Assembly (NCBI GenBank): GCA_038087875.1
Contig: JAXLNO010003320.1
Location: 62,001-126,000 of the forward strand
Reading direction: 5' to 3'
Source of the DNA: Malacoraja senta
Lineage: Eukaryota
Length of the DNA: 64,000 nt
Shown: in pieces, positions 1 through 14,497 of the stretch
Numbering within the stretch: the first letter of the stretch is position 1
Layout of the letters: every line of letters starts with the position of its first letter
Notes under the pieces: model-generated
What the model was told of the DNA's origin: nothing
The model's database searches: none
What the model saw: only the letters and a program-made list of their open reading frames with translations
Translations under genes and position numbers: made by a program

Positions 1-1559
1 GGCAGCAGCTCTACCAACTGTGCCACCCACAGTGTTGTATTTTTAAAATACAAAAACTGTATTTTTGATTGTAAATAGTGATATTAGCAATAGCTTCTGG
101 TAGGAAATAGACTGTAAAATGAATAGAATGATGATATTTAACCAAGAGAGCTGTGGGGAAAATAACCCGTTATAAAAATTGAGAAGAGGCAAAGGCTAGA
201 TGACACCATTTTCAGGAAGGTACAGGAGCAAAGACATTGGGAGTTTGGGTTGTGTACAAGTTTTCTGGGAGAAATATGAGGAGGCTGTCAATACAAACTG
301 ATCTTTGATTTTATAAAATATGTTATAAATTGCATCAGTTACAAAAGATGTGCCAGAGCTTTATTCAAAATTGGTAGTATCTGAAAGAGTATTATTGCCA
401 ATTCTGGGTATGACATTTTAGGGAAGTTCAAGATGTTGGAAAATATTCAAATATCATTAATGGGAATGGGGGCCAATGTGATGAGAGGGAAACCAGAGAA
501 ACTGGGATTACTTTATTTTACTAAGAAGAAAGTTTGCATGAGATTTAACAGGTGTTCAAAATCCAGATGATTTGTAGAGCAAGTAAGGAAAATCTGTTGC
601 TTACTGCAGGAGGATTAAAATCACATGGTACTGATACAAGCAAAACAAATCAATGTAATATAGGGGATAATTACATTTAGGGAAGAGCTGTGAAGGTCTG
701 GAATATACTGTCGGAATGGTGATAACAGATTCTCTAATTTTATCAAACATATGTTTTCATTCTGAGACGTGTAGTTATGAAAGTTTAATACAAAATATTG
801 GCATTCACAATGAAAAGCTGGTCCATTTCCTTGGAGAATACCATTTAACATGTATTCACTATAAATGGATGTACATGCTTTATCTTTCTCTTAGTTTGGT
901 GATATGGGTTGGTAATCCTATTACTTTTGTGACAAAATCTCTGGGGCCATCCACATGCAGACACTTCCATAATCATCTCAAGATGTTGAACTTGATCAGA
1001 CAGATGTTGAAAATTTACAAAATAAGGTCATAGAGATATAGCGTGAAACAAGCTCTTTAGTTCTACTCATTCATGCCGACCAAGTTGTCTATTTGATCTG
1101 GTCCTATTTGGCTGGGTTTGGTCCATATACCTCTAAATCTTTCCTATCTGTGTGCCTGTCTAAATGTCCCACCTATCAAGCTTCACAATAGAAATAGATG
1201 CAGGAGCAGGCCATTTGACCCTTTGAACCAGCACCGCCATTCAATGTGATCATGGCTGATCATCCCCAATCAGTAACCCGTTCCTGCCTTCTCCCCATAT
1301 CCCCTGACTCTGCTATTTTTAAGAGCCCTATCTAGCTCTCTCTTGAAAGCATCCAGAGAACCGGCTTCCACCGCCCTCTGAGGCAGAGAATTCCACAGAC
1401 TCACCACTCTCTGTGAGAAAAAGTGTTTCCTCGTCTCCGTTCTAAATGGCTTCCTCCTTATTCTTAAACTGTGGCCCCTGGTTCTGGACTCCCCCAACAT
1501 CGGGAACATGTTTCCTGCCTCTAGCGTGCCCAAGCCCTTAACAATCTTATATTTATTTT

Positions 1560-2760
1560 TAAATTTTTATTGGAAGTATTGTACAGTGCAGTGATCTCAA
1601 ACAAACATAAAATTATACATTTCTTGTACCACTTCTTATTTTAAACTTTAAAAAGGATAGAAAGAGTTAGCAGAGATAGTAAGTGAGTGAGTGAAAGAGT
1701 GGTCCAGGGAAACCCATAGGGACCTAAACCACAAGAAAGAGTTAAAAAAACAAAAGAAGGAACAAGAAAAAAAAGTAAAATAAGATAAGACAATATAAAA
1801 GGGATGTACCTAATTCATATCTTTACTCACCCCTCACCAGGTCCTGAAACCATTTATTATCAACATTTTGTTGCACCCTATATTTGTAATAAGTCGATAA
1901 ATGGAGACCAAATCTTTAGGAAATGGCCTGGTATTGAAAGATCAAAAAGAATAATGCACCAGCCGGGACTGTTGTTCTCATGTATCGGATTTGTCTTACA
2001 CAAGTGGCAATTCCCAAATGGTACTGCAAATAGCACAGGGCATGTTCACAGTGACTGTTCACACTAACACTTCCTTGATCTGCAAGTGTGTTAATGTCAA
2101 GCAGTCCACATCAGGAAAAGAGATATGAGTTGGCATGATGGCTAACTTCATGTATTAAAATACCAAATCTTCTTCAACCCCATGAAATATGAAAATATTA
2201 TATATCGTGACTAAATTCCTTGCTTTTGTTGTTGTTTATTTTTGCTGGTAAGATGAGCAGATTGCACATATTTAATTGGCAACCAACCACCAACTTCCAA
2301 AATTATCTGTTATTTATTTCTGATCCAGGGATCTTTGTTTAAGAGTGAAATTGGAACTAATGACCATGTTTTTGACAGTAGAAATAATGATGAGCCTGTC
2401 ATCTTGAGAATGCCTCCCATTTTAATTTATCTGCCCTCACTTTTATTTTCAAACTTAATGGTAAATAATTCATGCTCAGTGAAATGCCCCCCTGGGTTTT
2501 TTTTGTGGAGATTGTTTTAGTTTCTTCCTGGTGTGGCGTTGGAGTTTGAGGTTTGATATTTGGCTATGTAAAAGAATAGCATTTTTTTCCATCTTCCTCA
2601 CCTGACTATCACAGTGACTTCCAATAGTTCTTGTGCCTGAGGGTCCAAGTGGGAAAGGGAGGTTCCGTGTTTCCATAAGTTAAGTATAAAATGGAGGACT
2701 GAGAGAGTTATCTAATTTTCTGTGTGATCTCTACATAAGTAGGTTAGTTTGATCTTGTCC
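1560..2760 (-). mobile_element. Old L1-like fragments
   Basis: The minus strand shows an L1-like ORF2 C-terminus (KIWSPFIDLL) near 1880-1920, a T-rich tail at about 1560 and EN-like remnants near 2300-2450. Confidence 0.5.
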
Positions 2761-2840
2761 GGCAGAATTTCCAGTTTGTGAAGGGCTGCTGCTGTTTGAG
2801 TCTTTATTATTATTTCTAAGGTCCTCCAGAAAATTCACTA

Positions 2841-3052
2841 TGTGTAGGAAGGAACTACAGATGCTGGTTTAAACCGAAGATAGACACAAAAAGTTGGAGT
2901 AACTCAGCAGTTCAGACAGCATCTCGGGAGAAAAGGAATAGATGATGTTTTGGGTCAAGACTGAAGAAGGGTCTCAACCCGAAACGCCACCTTTTCCTTT
3001 ACTCCAGAGATGCTGTCTGACCCGCTGAGTTACTCCAGCTTTTTGTGTGTAT
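2841..3052 (+). mobile_element. Non-autonomous foldback element derived from a Penelope pLTR, with 17-bp TSD
   Basis: TSD CTCCAGAAAATTCACTA at 2824-2840 and 3053-3069. The inverted arms (AGATAGACACAAAAAGTTGGAGTAACTCAGC and its complement) enclose CTGAAGAAGGGTCTCAACCCGAAAC. Confidence 0.75.
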
Positions 3053-4674
3053 CTCCAGAAAATTCACTAATTTGGGATTTAATGCTGCAATATAAAGAGG
3101 TACTGTGTGGTAGCTCTTCCATAAGTTATTATAGTCTTTAAAAATGTGTTTTTTTTACAACAAACACTGATTATAATTGGACCAGTTTCTCTGTTTTATC
3201 ACATGCATCATCGCAGATTGTTCATGACAACATCTTCCTCCTATCCATTCAACTTTACAAGTATGGATACAATAGAAATCTTGCTTGCATTCATTCTTCA
3301 TATTTTTAATGAAATGAAGACATTGTTACAGTATTCACAATTTCTGCCAGTTGTTGGTGAACCAGTGAGTCAGATGGAGTTTGAAATTGGCAACATATTG
3401 TTTACATTAAAATATTAAATTGAGCACAATATCAACTCCTTCATTCATTATTGTATAAGGTATTAGCATGAACCCGCCATTCTATCATAAGTGCCTGACT
3501 GCCATTCACTCAGATCATGGCTGATCTTTTACCTCAGCCATTTTTCTGCAACAACCCCACACCCCTTGATTTGTTAACATCCAAAAAATGTCTTGATGTA
3601 TTTCTGTATTGCATTCTGTGTTGAATCATTCACAAGCCTTTTAGACAGAGATTTCTAAAAATTCACCGTCCTCTGAAGAAATTTCTTCTCAATCCTGAAT
3701 GGACAATTTCATTTTAGAATGACCTCGAGCTATGGAAATATATCTCCGCATTTACCTTATCAACCCACGTGAAAATGTTGTACATTTACTTCTCATTCTT
3801 CTGAGCCCTCGTGGGCATAGGACCAGTATGCTTTATTTCATCTTGCAGAGCAACCCTCCCATGCCAGTAATTAATATGATCAGTCCTCATTGCATTTCAA
3901 ACATACCCTTCCTTAAATGGAGAGACCAGGCCTGTACACCAATATTCTAAGTGTGTTCTCAGCAGGACCGTGTCTAACTTGAGGCAGACTTCTCAACTAC
4001 AGTACTTGAATCCTCTTGGAGACACAAGAAACTGCAGGTTGTCATCTTGAGTAAAACACAAAGTGCTGGAGGAACTCAACGGGTCAGACAACATCTGTGG
4101 AGGAAATGGACAGGTGTTGTTTTGGGTCTGGCCCCTTATTCAGACGGACTCAAATTCACTTGCCTTCCTTAAATGCGTGTGTGTACCTGTATAGGAGGCA
4201 GTGACCATAATTTGATAAAAATTCAACCTGGAATTTGATAGGGAGAAGATGACATTGGATGTGTCGGTTTTACAGCTGAGCAAAGGTGACTACAGAGGCA
4301 TGAAGGAGGAGCTGGCTAAAGTTGATTGGAAAGGGACCCTAGGAAGAACAACGGTGGAAGAGTAATGGCAGGAATTTCTGGGAATAATTCAAAAGTCACA
4401 GTATTTGTTCATTCCAAAGAGGAAGAAAGATTCTAAAGGGAGAATGAGGTGCATGTGACTGACAAGAGAAGTCAAATACAGCATAAATGAAAAGGCATAT
4501 AACATTACAAAGATTACTGGGAAGCCAGAGGATTGGGAAGCCTTTATTCCTCTCTTGTGCACCAGTTATGCTAATTTGGAGTACTTTATTATCTGTGAAA
4601 TGCTTTAAAATGTCCTTAGACAGTGGAAGGTAGTTATACAATATGAATTCATTCTTTCTTAAAATTTGGAATCT

Positions 4675-4975
4675 AGAGGTACAGTGCGGAAAATGGCCCT
4701 TTGGCCCACCACGCCATTGCTGACCAACGATCACCCTGCACACTAACCTACACACCTACATACACCAGAGCCAATTTTACAACTTACCAAAGCCAATTAA
4801 CTTACAAACCCACATGTCCTCGGAGTGCAGGGAGAAACTGGAGCACCCAGAGAAAACCCACGCGGTCACAGGGAGAACGTACAAACTCCGTACAGATTGC
4901 GCCCATAGTCAGGATTGAATCCAGGTCTCTGGCACTGCAAGGCAGCAACTCTGCTGCTGTGCCACTATGTTGCCC
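4675..4975 (-). mobile_element. HE1-type SINE
   Basis: Reverse-complement match to the 14178-14497 copy. Confidence 0.8.
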
Positions 4976-6749
4976 TGTTCTTACAAGTTCACTGATTTAA
5001 TTGGAGAACATTGCAAAACAGCCCACCACTTGGAGCAGGAAATACAAGAACAACTTCTGGATTTCCACACTAAATTATACAGGTACACAGTTCAGGTGTT
5101 GCAGTCTGATTTTCTGGTATGTACTGGTGAGTATTGTAGCAATCGGCAAAGGTGCTGCATATAGGAGCAGCTTGGTGAACATCTGAAAGGGAAACATTGG
5201 TTAATATTCAGACTGTGACTCTTCCAAACAATGTACAACCTATGAGTCTGGGTCTGAAGAAGGGTCTCAACCCAAAACGTCACCCATTCCTTCTATCCAG
5301 AGATGCTGCCTGAGTTACTCCAGTATTTTGTGTCTATCTCCGATGTAAACCGGCATCTGCAGTTCCTTCCTACACAAACTATGTATAATCTTTCCATGCA
5401 AAACAAGAAAATCTAAGTTATCCTAAAGTCTTTGCATGACTTTTGTTGTCTTTATAAAAAGTACTGGCTCTTAGCTTTAATGGCTGAAGGTAGCAAGTGT
5501 ACAGATACATCTAGTTTTTCCTTTTGCATTCCATCTCCCATATATCCAGTTCCCTCAGCAGCAGCGTATGTAATCAGTGGCACACGCTGGTGAAATGCAC
5601 AAAGCAATCAGGATCATTGGACCTCATCATTTGAAACAGGGAGAGCCAGAGACTTTGTAGCCCCAAACTAAAAAACGAATTATTCAACACTGTGATCTCC
5701 TGCAGTTGTTTTCAATTCCAAAAGAGCCTGATAATAAATGCATTGGTAATCACCTCTGTCATGCAAGGAGTACAAATGCATAGAAAAGGAATAAAAATGC
5801 TGGTATGTGTTACTTTTTCTGCTTTTTATTCTTGCATTAGAATAAATTTAAGTTGTATTCTTCCCCAATATATTTAATATTGATTTGTAGTACAGTCATT
5901 AGTAACTGTGAATTTTCCCTATATCTTTCCTGAGCAAACTGAAACTAATCTTATTTTGCTCTACTTTTCACCAATTGTATTCAATTTTATGATTATTTAT
6001 TAATTTAGTTTAGTCCAACAAACTATTGAAGTTACTTCTGTATAATGAACATTATATAAAAATAGAATCCCTGCCTTGGATGTTTCCTCTCTCTATCCAG
6101 TCATTTTGTCTTGAACTTTGTTTCTTCATTTTTCATTTTTGGATCTGGGTATTGCCAGCAATGTCAGTATCAATTCTTCACCCATAATTTACTTTGGGAA
6201 GATGGTGTAAACCACCTTCTTGAACCACTGATGAAGAACAGTGATGATCAACCTTCTGATGAAGAACAAGCTATATATTTTCAGATGAACATGGTACATT
6301 ACTTGGAACAGAACCTTCAGGTAGTATTGTAGCCATGGACTTGCTCCCCTTGTCCATCTTGTTGGTAGAGATTACGGGTTTGGAAGATGTTTCCAGAGTA
6401 ACCTGGGCAAGTAACTGGTGCATAGTTTCAGATGGTGCACACTGCAGCCACTGTGCTTGGAGGTGGAGGGAATGAATGCCTGTTTACTGTGGATAATGCG
6501 ATGGCAATGAGGTGGCTTGCTTTGTCTTTGTTGGTGTTGATCTACTTGAATTTTGTTACTGCCTCACTCCTCCAGGCAAGTGTAAAATATTCCATCCGTC
6601 ATAGTGAGGCCACACGCAAATTGGAGGAACAGCACCTCATATTTCGCTTGGGCAGCTTACAAGCATGCGGTATGAATATTGATTTCTCTCATTTCAAGAG
6701 AGTCGTCTCTGACATACCAAATCTCCACAATCTTTTCAGGAAGTAGAGG

Positions 6750-7040
6750 CATTAATGGGGTTTCTTTATAATCGCATCAGTGTGCTGGGTCCAGGAAAGA
6801 TCTTCAGAGATATGCACGCTCAGGAATTTGAAGCGTTTGACTCTCTCCACCATCATCCCATTTGTATAAGACAGTTTGTGGGTTCTCATCCTTCCTTTTC
6901 CAAAGACCACAATCAGTTCCTCGCTCTGACTGACATTGAGGGCAAGGTTGCTGTGCTGGCACCATATGGTCAGTCGGTCGATCTCCCTTCTATACTCTGA
7001 CTCATCACCATCTGCAATTCGGGCAACAACAATGAACTTG
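6750..7040 (-). mobile_element. Rex1/Babar-type LINE RT fragment
   Basis: DESEYRREIDRLTIWCQHSNLALNVSQSEELIV...FKFLSVHISEDLSW. Confidence 0.8.
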
Positions 7041-7870
7041 AAGATGGAGTTTGCATCACATGATTGGGTGGTAGTGTAAGTGGCTTTTCTGTGAACAGGG
7101 TATGTCTGACCAGTTTTCCACATTTTCCATAGGGTAGTAATTTTCCAGCTCATTGAAAGAGACTTACTTGAAGCACAGCTAGTTATGAAGCACAGCTATT
7201 TTATACCACAGTTGGTCAGACATGATTAAAAATCCACATATTCTTGCCTCAGTTCTCTTTGTGCAGCAAACTGTAATTGATGATTGTTCTTGTGGATGCA
7301 TAATTGAGGAATGACCACAGGAGTAGGTCCTTTGCTGCAATCATCCCTGTGCTCCTCGTGATCTCTTGCCAACATAGCTTATCAAGATCATCTTGTTTGT
7401 CTAGATTCTCTTTTAATGCAATGTATTAATCATCTCAGCAGTCCCATGTTGTATCAAATGTCATATTCTCTGGTTAACATTTATATATCATTTTAAGCTA
7501 TATCAGATAGCTAATATTTTTCAACAAAACGTTAAGAGGGAAAAGTTTTTAAAAAAAGAAACTTTTAATTAAGCTGCTGGAAATAACTCTATATCTCTAA
7601 GTTCACTGTACCCCTTTTCATCTCTATTTGATGTTGAGCTTTTTCTCAAAAACAATACGTTGCTCTGTTGTAAAATCCAGGCTCTCCTGATTTCCCTATT
7701 TTACTACCATTTAAATGGCCATACTATCATTTTCCGATGCACTCAGTTATGCCCATTATTTCCCAGTTTTTAAATGTAGTGCTATCCAAGAAGTAATGAT
7801 AGCTGCATTTATTATGGCAAATTAGTAGCATAGTTGTCATAAAGAATAAGGGTAAATAACTACTGTCTTA

Positions 7871-8200
7871 AAGCCCTGTCCCATGGTACGAGTTCATTCC
7901 AAGAGCTCTCCCGAGTTTGCCCAGATTCGAACTCGGAGATTTACAGTAATGGCCACTCGTCGGTGCTCGGGGCTCTCGTGGACATTTTTCAACATGTTGA
8001 AAAATCTTAACGAGTCTTCCCATGCTTACCTGCCGTTAGCGAGTCTTCCCGAGTACCTGCCGTAAGCGTTACGAGCCCCTAAGAGACGTCCCCGAGCTCC
8101 GACGTACCCGCTACGTTCATTCTCCGTGCTTACCACTAGTTTGATTTTTTTTAAACTCGGGAGAGCTTTTGGAATGAACTCGTACCGTGGGACAGGGCTT
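7871..8200. mobile_element. PIF/Harbinger-type MITE
   Basis: TIRs of about 48 bp (AAGCCCTGTCCCATGGTACGAG...), TTA TSD at 7868-7870 and 8201-8203, no ORF. Confidence 0.75.
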
Positions 8201-8889
8201 TTAGGGCATTGAATGCTTCACTTCTCCAGTTGGAGTGTCGCAGAGAATAAAAAATGAGACACTAAACAAATACTGCCCAATAATTTCCAAATGCTTTGAC
8301 TGTGTATATTTTATACGGCTGGGTTTTCCCTTCCCTTCCCTTCCCTTCTGATGAGCAGTAATAGTATTAAACTGTTAGTCACAATATCTATGTAAGAGAT
8401 CTGAATGGTGTGAAGTTGGGAAAAGGGGAAGTACAACGAGGTCTGGGGTCCTGGTTCATCAGTCACTGAAAGTAAGCATGCAGGTACAGCAGGCAGTGAA
8501 GAAATCTAATGGCAAGTTGGCCATCATAACAAGAGGATTTGAGTATAAGAGCAAAGAGGTCCTTCTGCAGTTGTACAGCGTCCTGGTGAGACCACACTTG
8601 GAGTTTTGGTCTCAGTTTTGAAGTGTGGGAGGAAACCAGAGACCCAGGAGAAAACCCACGTGGGTCATGGCGAGAATGTACAAACTGCGTACAGACAGCA
8701 CCCGTAGCCAGGATTGAACCGAGGTTTCTGACGCTGCTAAGCAGCAACTCTACCGCTGCGCCACCGTGCCATCAATGCTCCCAAAGCTACAGGATGAAAC
8801 TTGTGGAATAAATTCAAGTGCAACACCTGCTGTTACTTTAATTTCAGAAAATGCACTAAAGATATATACTTTTTTTTTGTCTATCTACT

Positions 8890-10435
8890 TATAGAAAAAT
8901 AGAAACATAGAAAACAGGTGCAGGAGTAGGCCATTCGGCCCTTCGAGCCTGTACCGCCATTCAATATGGTCATGGCTGGTCATCCAACTCAGTATCCTGT
9001 ACCTGCTTTCTCTCCATACCCCCTGATCCCTTTAGCCACAAGGGCCACATCTAACTCCCTCTTGAATATAGCCAATGAACTGGCCTCAACTACCTTCTGT
9101 GGCAGAGAATTCCAGAGATTCACCACTCTCTGTGTGAAAAATGATTTCCTCATCTCCGTCCTAAAAGATTTCTCCCTTATCCTTTAACTGTGACCCCTTG
9201 TTCTGGACTTCCCCAACATCGGGAACAATCTTCCTGAATCTAGCCTGTCCAACCCCTTAAGAATTTTGTACGTTTCTATAAGATCCCCCCTCAATCTTCT
9301 AAATTCTAGCGAGTACAAACCGAGTCTATCCAGTCTTTCTTCATATGAAAGTCCTGACATCCCAGGAATCAGGCTGGTGAACCATCTCTGTACTCCCTCT
9401 ATGGCAAGAATGTCTTTCCTCAGATTAGGAGACCAAAACTGTACGCAATACTCCAGGTGTGGTCTCACCAAGACCCTGCACAACTGCAGTAGAACCTCCC
9501 TGCTCCTATACTCAATTCCTTTTGCTATGAATGCTAACATACCATTCGCCTTCTTCACTGCCTGCTGCACCTGCATGCCTACTTTTAATGACTGGTGTAC
9601 CATGACACCCAGGTCTCATTGCACTCCCCTTTTCCTAATCGGCCACCATTCAGATAATAGTCGACTTTCCTGTTTTTGCCACCAAAGTGGATAACCTCAC
9701 ATCCACATTATACTGCATCTGCCATGCATTTGCCCACTCACCCAGCCTATCCAAGTCACCTTGCAGCCTCCGAGCAACCTCCTCACAGCTAACACTGCCC
9801 CCCAGCTTCGTGTCATCTGCAAACTTGGAGATGTTGCATTCAATTCCCTCGTCCAAATCATTAATATATATCGTAAATAGCTGGGGTCCCAGCACTGAGC
9901 CTTGCGGTACCCCACTAGTCACTGCCTGCCATTGTGAAAAGGACCCGTTTACTCCTACTCTTTGCTTCCTGTCTGCCAGCCAGTTCTCTATCCACATCAA
10001 TACTGAACCCCCAATGCCGTGTGCTTTAAGTTTGTATACTAATCTCTTATATGGGACCTTGTCGAAAGCCTTCTGAAAGTCCAGATATAACACATCCACT
10101 GGTTCTCCCTTATCCACTCTACTAGTTACATCCTCGAAAAATTCTATAAGATTCGTCAGACATGATTTACCTTTCATAAATCCATGCTGACTTTGTCCAA
10201 TGATTTCACCACTTTCCAAATGTGCTGCTATCCCATCTTTAATAACTGATTCTAGCAGTTTCCCCACTACCGACGTTAGACTAACTGGTCTGTAATTCAC
10301 CGTTTTCTCTCTCCCTCCCTTTTTAAAAAGTGGGGTTACATTAGCTACCCTCCAATCCTCAGGAACTACTCCACAATCTAAAGTTTTGAAAAATTATCAC
10401 AAATGCATCCACTATTTCTGGGGCTACTTCCTTAA
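8890..10435 (-). mobile_element. CR1 LINE, 5'-truncated RT and 3' end
   Basis: ORFs 9650-10300 and 9184-9603 contain [31 protein letters not shown] and RPHLEYCVQFW, followed by the (ATAGAAAC)-type tail. Confidence 0.95.
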
Positions 10436-10819
10436 GTACATTGAGCCAAATGTACATTGTACATTATATTGTACATTGAGCCAAATCACTCTATTTCCTT
10501 TTATTAAACAGATTGACAATCTGCAGAAGGGATTAATCCATGTGGCTCTAGCTGCTTGTCTTAGGCTTATTAGAAATACTGGACAGGAGTATGAATGCAG
10601 TTTCGTAGGACAGTTTAATTTTAGCCCTAGCCCTTAACCTGCATTGCTTGATGAAAATATTTCAAATCTTGTCTCACAACGTAATTCTACAAATCCTGAG
10701 TTTTTTTTATTAGTTCAGGTTTGCAGTGGACAGCTTTCCATGCGTGGTTTTCTAACCTGCTCACTTGGTGTCATTTGAAACCCATTCCTGATTAATTCAG
10801 AACTATCATGCCTCCTTGA

Positions 10820-11220
10820 AGATGGACACAAAATGCTGGAGTAACTCAGCAGGACAGGTAGCATCTCCGGACGGAAGGAATGGGTGACGTTTCGGGTCGA
10901 GACCCTTCTTCAGACTGATGTCAAGGGAGAGGGAGATACATAGATAAGGAAGAGTAAGGTGTGAAAACAGGACAAAGGGGATGTGGCTCAAGGAAAATGT
11001 AGAATAGATCATTGTTAACTGGGAGAAGGTAACAACAAAGCAAACAGAGATAAAATGTAGTCAGAGACAGTCAGACTGGTCGGAGAACTGGGAAGGGGGA
11101 AGGATGGAAAGTGAGGGAAAGCAAGGGTTACTTGAAGTTAGAGAAGTTCATGTTTATACCGCTGGGGTGTAAGCTGCCCAAGCGAAATATGAGGTGCTGT
11201 TCCTCCAATTTGCGCTGGGA
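10820..11220 (-). mobile_element. Penelope-like 3' fragment with intact hammerhead core
   Basis: The minus strand reads EQHLIFRLGSLHPSG (about 11150-11200), UTR, then GTCTGAAGAAGGGTCTCGACCCGAAACGTCACCCA (10881-10915). Confidence 0.85.
10884..10915 (-). ncRNA. Minimal type I hammerhead ribozyme motif
   Basis: CUGAAGA-A-[GGGU cucg ACCC]-GAAACGUC: complete core, stem II, palindromic ACGU in place of stem III, and a GUC cleavage triplet. Confidence 0.7.
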
Positions 11221-14177
11221 CCTCAGTTGTCCTCAAGATGATGTACTCCCAAACTGTTGATGTGTCATTACGCCCAGGATTTTGACTCGTCAGAAATGGT
11301 GATATATTTACAAGTTTGCCTGCAAGGGTGACTTAGAGCTTTGTCTTGTCCCTCAGATTTCTGTTCCAATGAAGTTCAACTTGAGAAAGTGAATAGACAG
11401 TGGTTCATCAGTAGGGTTGCTGCCTTACAGCACCAGAGACTCGGGTTCAATCCGAACTATGGATGCTGTCTATACTGAGTTTGTTCGTTCATGCAGTGAC
11501 CACGGGGATTTTCTCCCACATTCCAAAGATGAGCAGACTTGTTCATCAGTTCATAAGTCATCGGAGCAGAATCAGGCCATTTGGCCCATCGAGTCTACTC
11601 CGCTATTCAATTATGGCTGATATATCTTTCCCTCTCAACCCCATTCTCCTGCCTTCTCCAATAACCCTTGACATCCTTACTAGTGAAACATATGTCAATC
11701 TCCACCTTAAAATTACCTAATCTGTGGCAATGAATTCCACAGATTCTCCATCTTCTGACTAAATAAATTCCTCTTCATCTCCTTTCTAGAGATACATTAT
11801 TTTATTCTGAATCTATGCCATCTGGTCCTAGACTCTCCCACTAATGGAAACATCCTCTCCGTATCCACTCACTTAAGGCCATTCAGTATTTGGTAAGTTT
11901 CAATTTATAGTAGATGATGGAAATCTGTCCTGCTTTGCTGGTGTCCCATGGAGCTGATAGACCTAATTTGAATCTGCCCTCATTACAATGTACGGTACTT
12001 TAATGAGGTACATGTACTGAGGTACAGTGAAATTCATTTTTGTATACAGTTCAGTACGTATCACTATACATCAGATAAGCATCTCAGATACATTACAAAT
12101 GTTATGCAGTAGAACACAGAGACGGTATACAGAGTCGCCAGTTTGGCACCATTTTCAAGTCCCACCTTTGTAAGTGCAGGGATCTTGATCTGACCATGAA
12201 GGTCTGTTGTCCTGGCCAAGTGTAGCTGTTGATTTCCTCTGCCTCTGCTCCACTGCTGTTGACGGCGTCCGGTACACGTGCTCGACCTTTTCGAGCGGCG
12301 CCCTGCCCAGCCGTGCCCCAGGCTGCTGCAGGGCCTCCAGCGGCCCACTCCACCATTCAGACGGTGACTCCCTCCTCCTGCGGTCTGCTTACCGACCGTC
12401 CAGGTGGGTTCCTGTGGGTCCTTGATCCATGGCACAGGTCCTCCGTCATTGGTGGGCAAGACCCCGGTCCCCGGGGGATGGGCTGGGCCTACCGGGCAGG
12501 TCCCTGGTCTGTGGCGGGCAGGCTGGGCCGACCAGGGAGATCCCTGGTCTGCGGCGGGCGGGCTGGGCCTACCAGGCAAGTCCCCGGTCCCCGGCCTACA
12601 GTGCGGGTCCCGGGATACATTTGCAGGTTTGAAAATCATGCTTCAAACACGATGAAGATGTGTTTTCAATTTAAATTTGGGAATTTGCCTGCAGAAAGAT
12701 GGTGCAATGACACCTCTTTCATTTCACATGTTGACATTTGCATCTGCATCCAAGATCAAAAAGTCGAATATTCCCCCTTTTTGACTGTCTTAACACCTGT
12801 CACAGGCTTGGTCTGATGCCCTTGAATATTCGACCAATAGTGGTGTAAGCAGAGCATTTTTGAAAATGGATTTGAAGTGCCTCCAGGACACCAATTGCTG
12901 GAACATGGATAGCTGACGTTTCAAGTCGTGACCCTTCTAACCTCTCCACAATACATGGCCTTGCTGTTCTCAATGCTATTTCCGTATGGTGTTTAACACA
13001 GAAAAAATCTGCCATTAACTGAGGGAGGAGAGAGAATAGTAATGAGTAGGCGGTACAAATGAATTTCAAAAGACTGCTGGCTTTGGCAATATAGATAGTA
13101 ATATTTTACACAAGTTGTCGGTTTAACATTAACATGTATCAAAATTGATCACCTTTAGAGGCACTTCTTGTTTTTGACGGAAAGCCCACTGTTGTCTTTA
13201 GTTCCAGACAAGAATAGATTATCCTGTGGTCCTGAAATCATTGTTAAGATGATGTGCTCAGCTGCTTATGATGTACTGTGATGCTTCATAGGAAACAGAG
13301 CAATCATCAAATGGATTAAAGCTTACCTCGGTAGCTGATTTTTTTTTTGCACTAGCATTATAGTTATTAAGTCATTGATTTTTTAAAAATCATTTACAGG
13401 CCGTTAAACTGCTGCAAGTAAAAAATCATCATTCTCTTGTTGGTACATATAACAATTAAACAATTGTGAATTGATTCTGCTGGCAATGCACTAAGTCTCT
13501 TCATACTCGTGTTTAGACTTTAGCATGGGAACAGGCCTTTCGGCCTACCGAGTCCGTGCCGGGCAGCCCTCACCCCATACATTAGCACTATCCTACACAT
13601 TAGGGACCATTTACAATTTACAGAAGCCAATTAACCTACAAACCTCTACATCTTTGGAGTGTGGGAGGAAACTGGGGCACTCGGAGAAAACCAATGGAGT
13701 CACACGATGCACAAGCCGGTATAGAAACATAGAAAATAGGTGCAGGAGTAGGCCATCCGGCCCTTTGAGCCAGCACTACCATTCAATGTGATCATGGCTG
13801 ATCATCCACAATCAGTACCCCGTTCCTGCCTTCTCCCCATATCTCTTGATTCCGCTAGCCCTAAGAGCTCTATCTAACTTTCTTTTGAATGCATCCAGTG
13901 AATCGGCCTCCACTGCCTTCTGAGGCAGAGAATTCCACGAATTCACAACTCTCTGCGTGAAAAGGTTTTTCCTCATCTCAGTTCTAAATGGCCTAACCCT
14001 TATTCTTAAACTGTTACAGAAGGATGTAAAAGTAATTTTGTTTTAACATTGGTGGTTTTTGTTTAGTTTAGAGATACATCATGGATCAGGTCCTTTGGCC
14101 CCCGAATCTGTGCCGATTGCCCAACGATCGCCCATTAACACTAGTTCTAAGTTAACCCACTTTCTCATCCACTTCCT

Positions 14178-14497
14178 GCGGCACGGTGGCTCAGTGGTAG
14201 AGTTGCTTCCTTACAGTGCTTGAAGCGCAGGACACCCGGTTTCGATCCCGACTAAGGGTGCTGTCTGTACGGAGTTTGTATGTTCTCCCCGTGACCGCAT
14301 GGGTTTTCTCCGAGATCTTTGATTTCCCCCCCACACTCCAAAGACGTACAGGTTTGTAGCTAAATTGGCTTGGTATAAGGGTAAATTGTCCACAGTGTGT
14401 GTGGGGCAGTGTTAATGTGCGGGGATCGCTGGTTGGTGTGGATTTAGTGGGCCGAAGGGCCTGTTTCTGCGTTGTATCTCTCAACTAAACTAAACTA
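14178..14497 (+). mobile_element. HE1-type tRNA-derived SINE, representative full copy
   Basis: A box TGGCTCAGTGG, B box GGTTTCGATCC, conserved body, CR1-like tail GGGCCGAAGGGCCTGTTT and (CTAAA)n. More than 15 relatives occur in the window. Confidence 0.85.

Noticed and set aside
716-1033. 105-aa ORF, and the similar 90-aa ORF at 3146-3418
   Set aside because: AT-rich with no domain motif or splice context; compatible with chance.
4991-5127. Exon-like stretch (FTDLIGEHCKTAHHLEQEIQEQLL..., donor GTGAGT); another frame gives FRCC plus a hydrophobic run
   Set aside because: No recognisable family and no partner exons; it needs RNA-seq or homology evidence.
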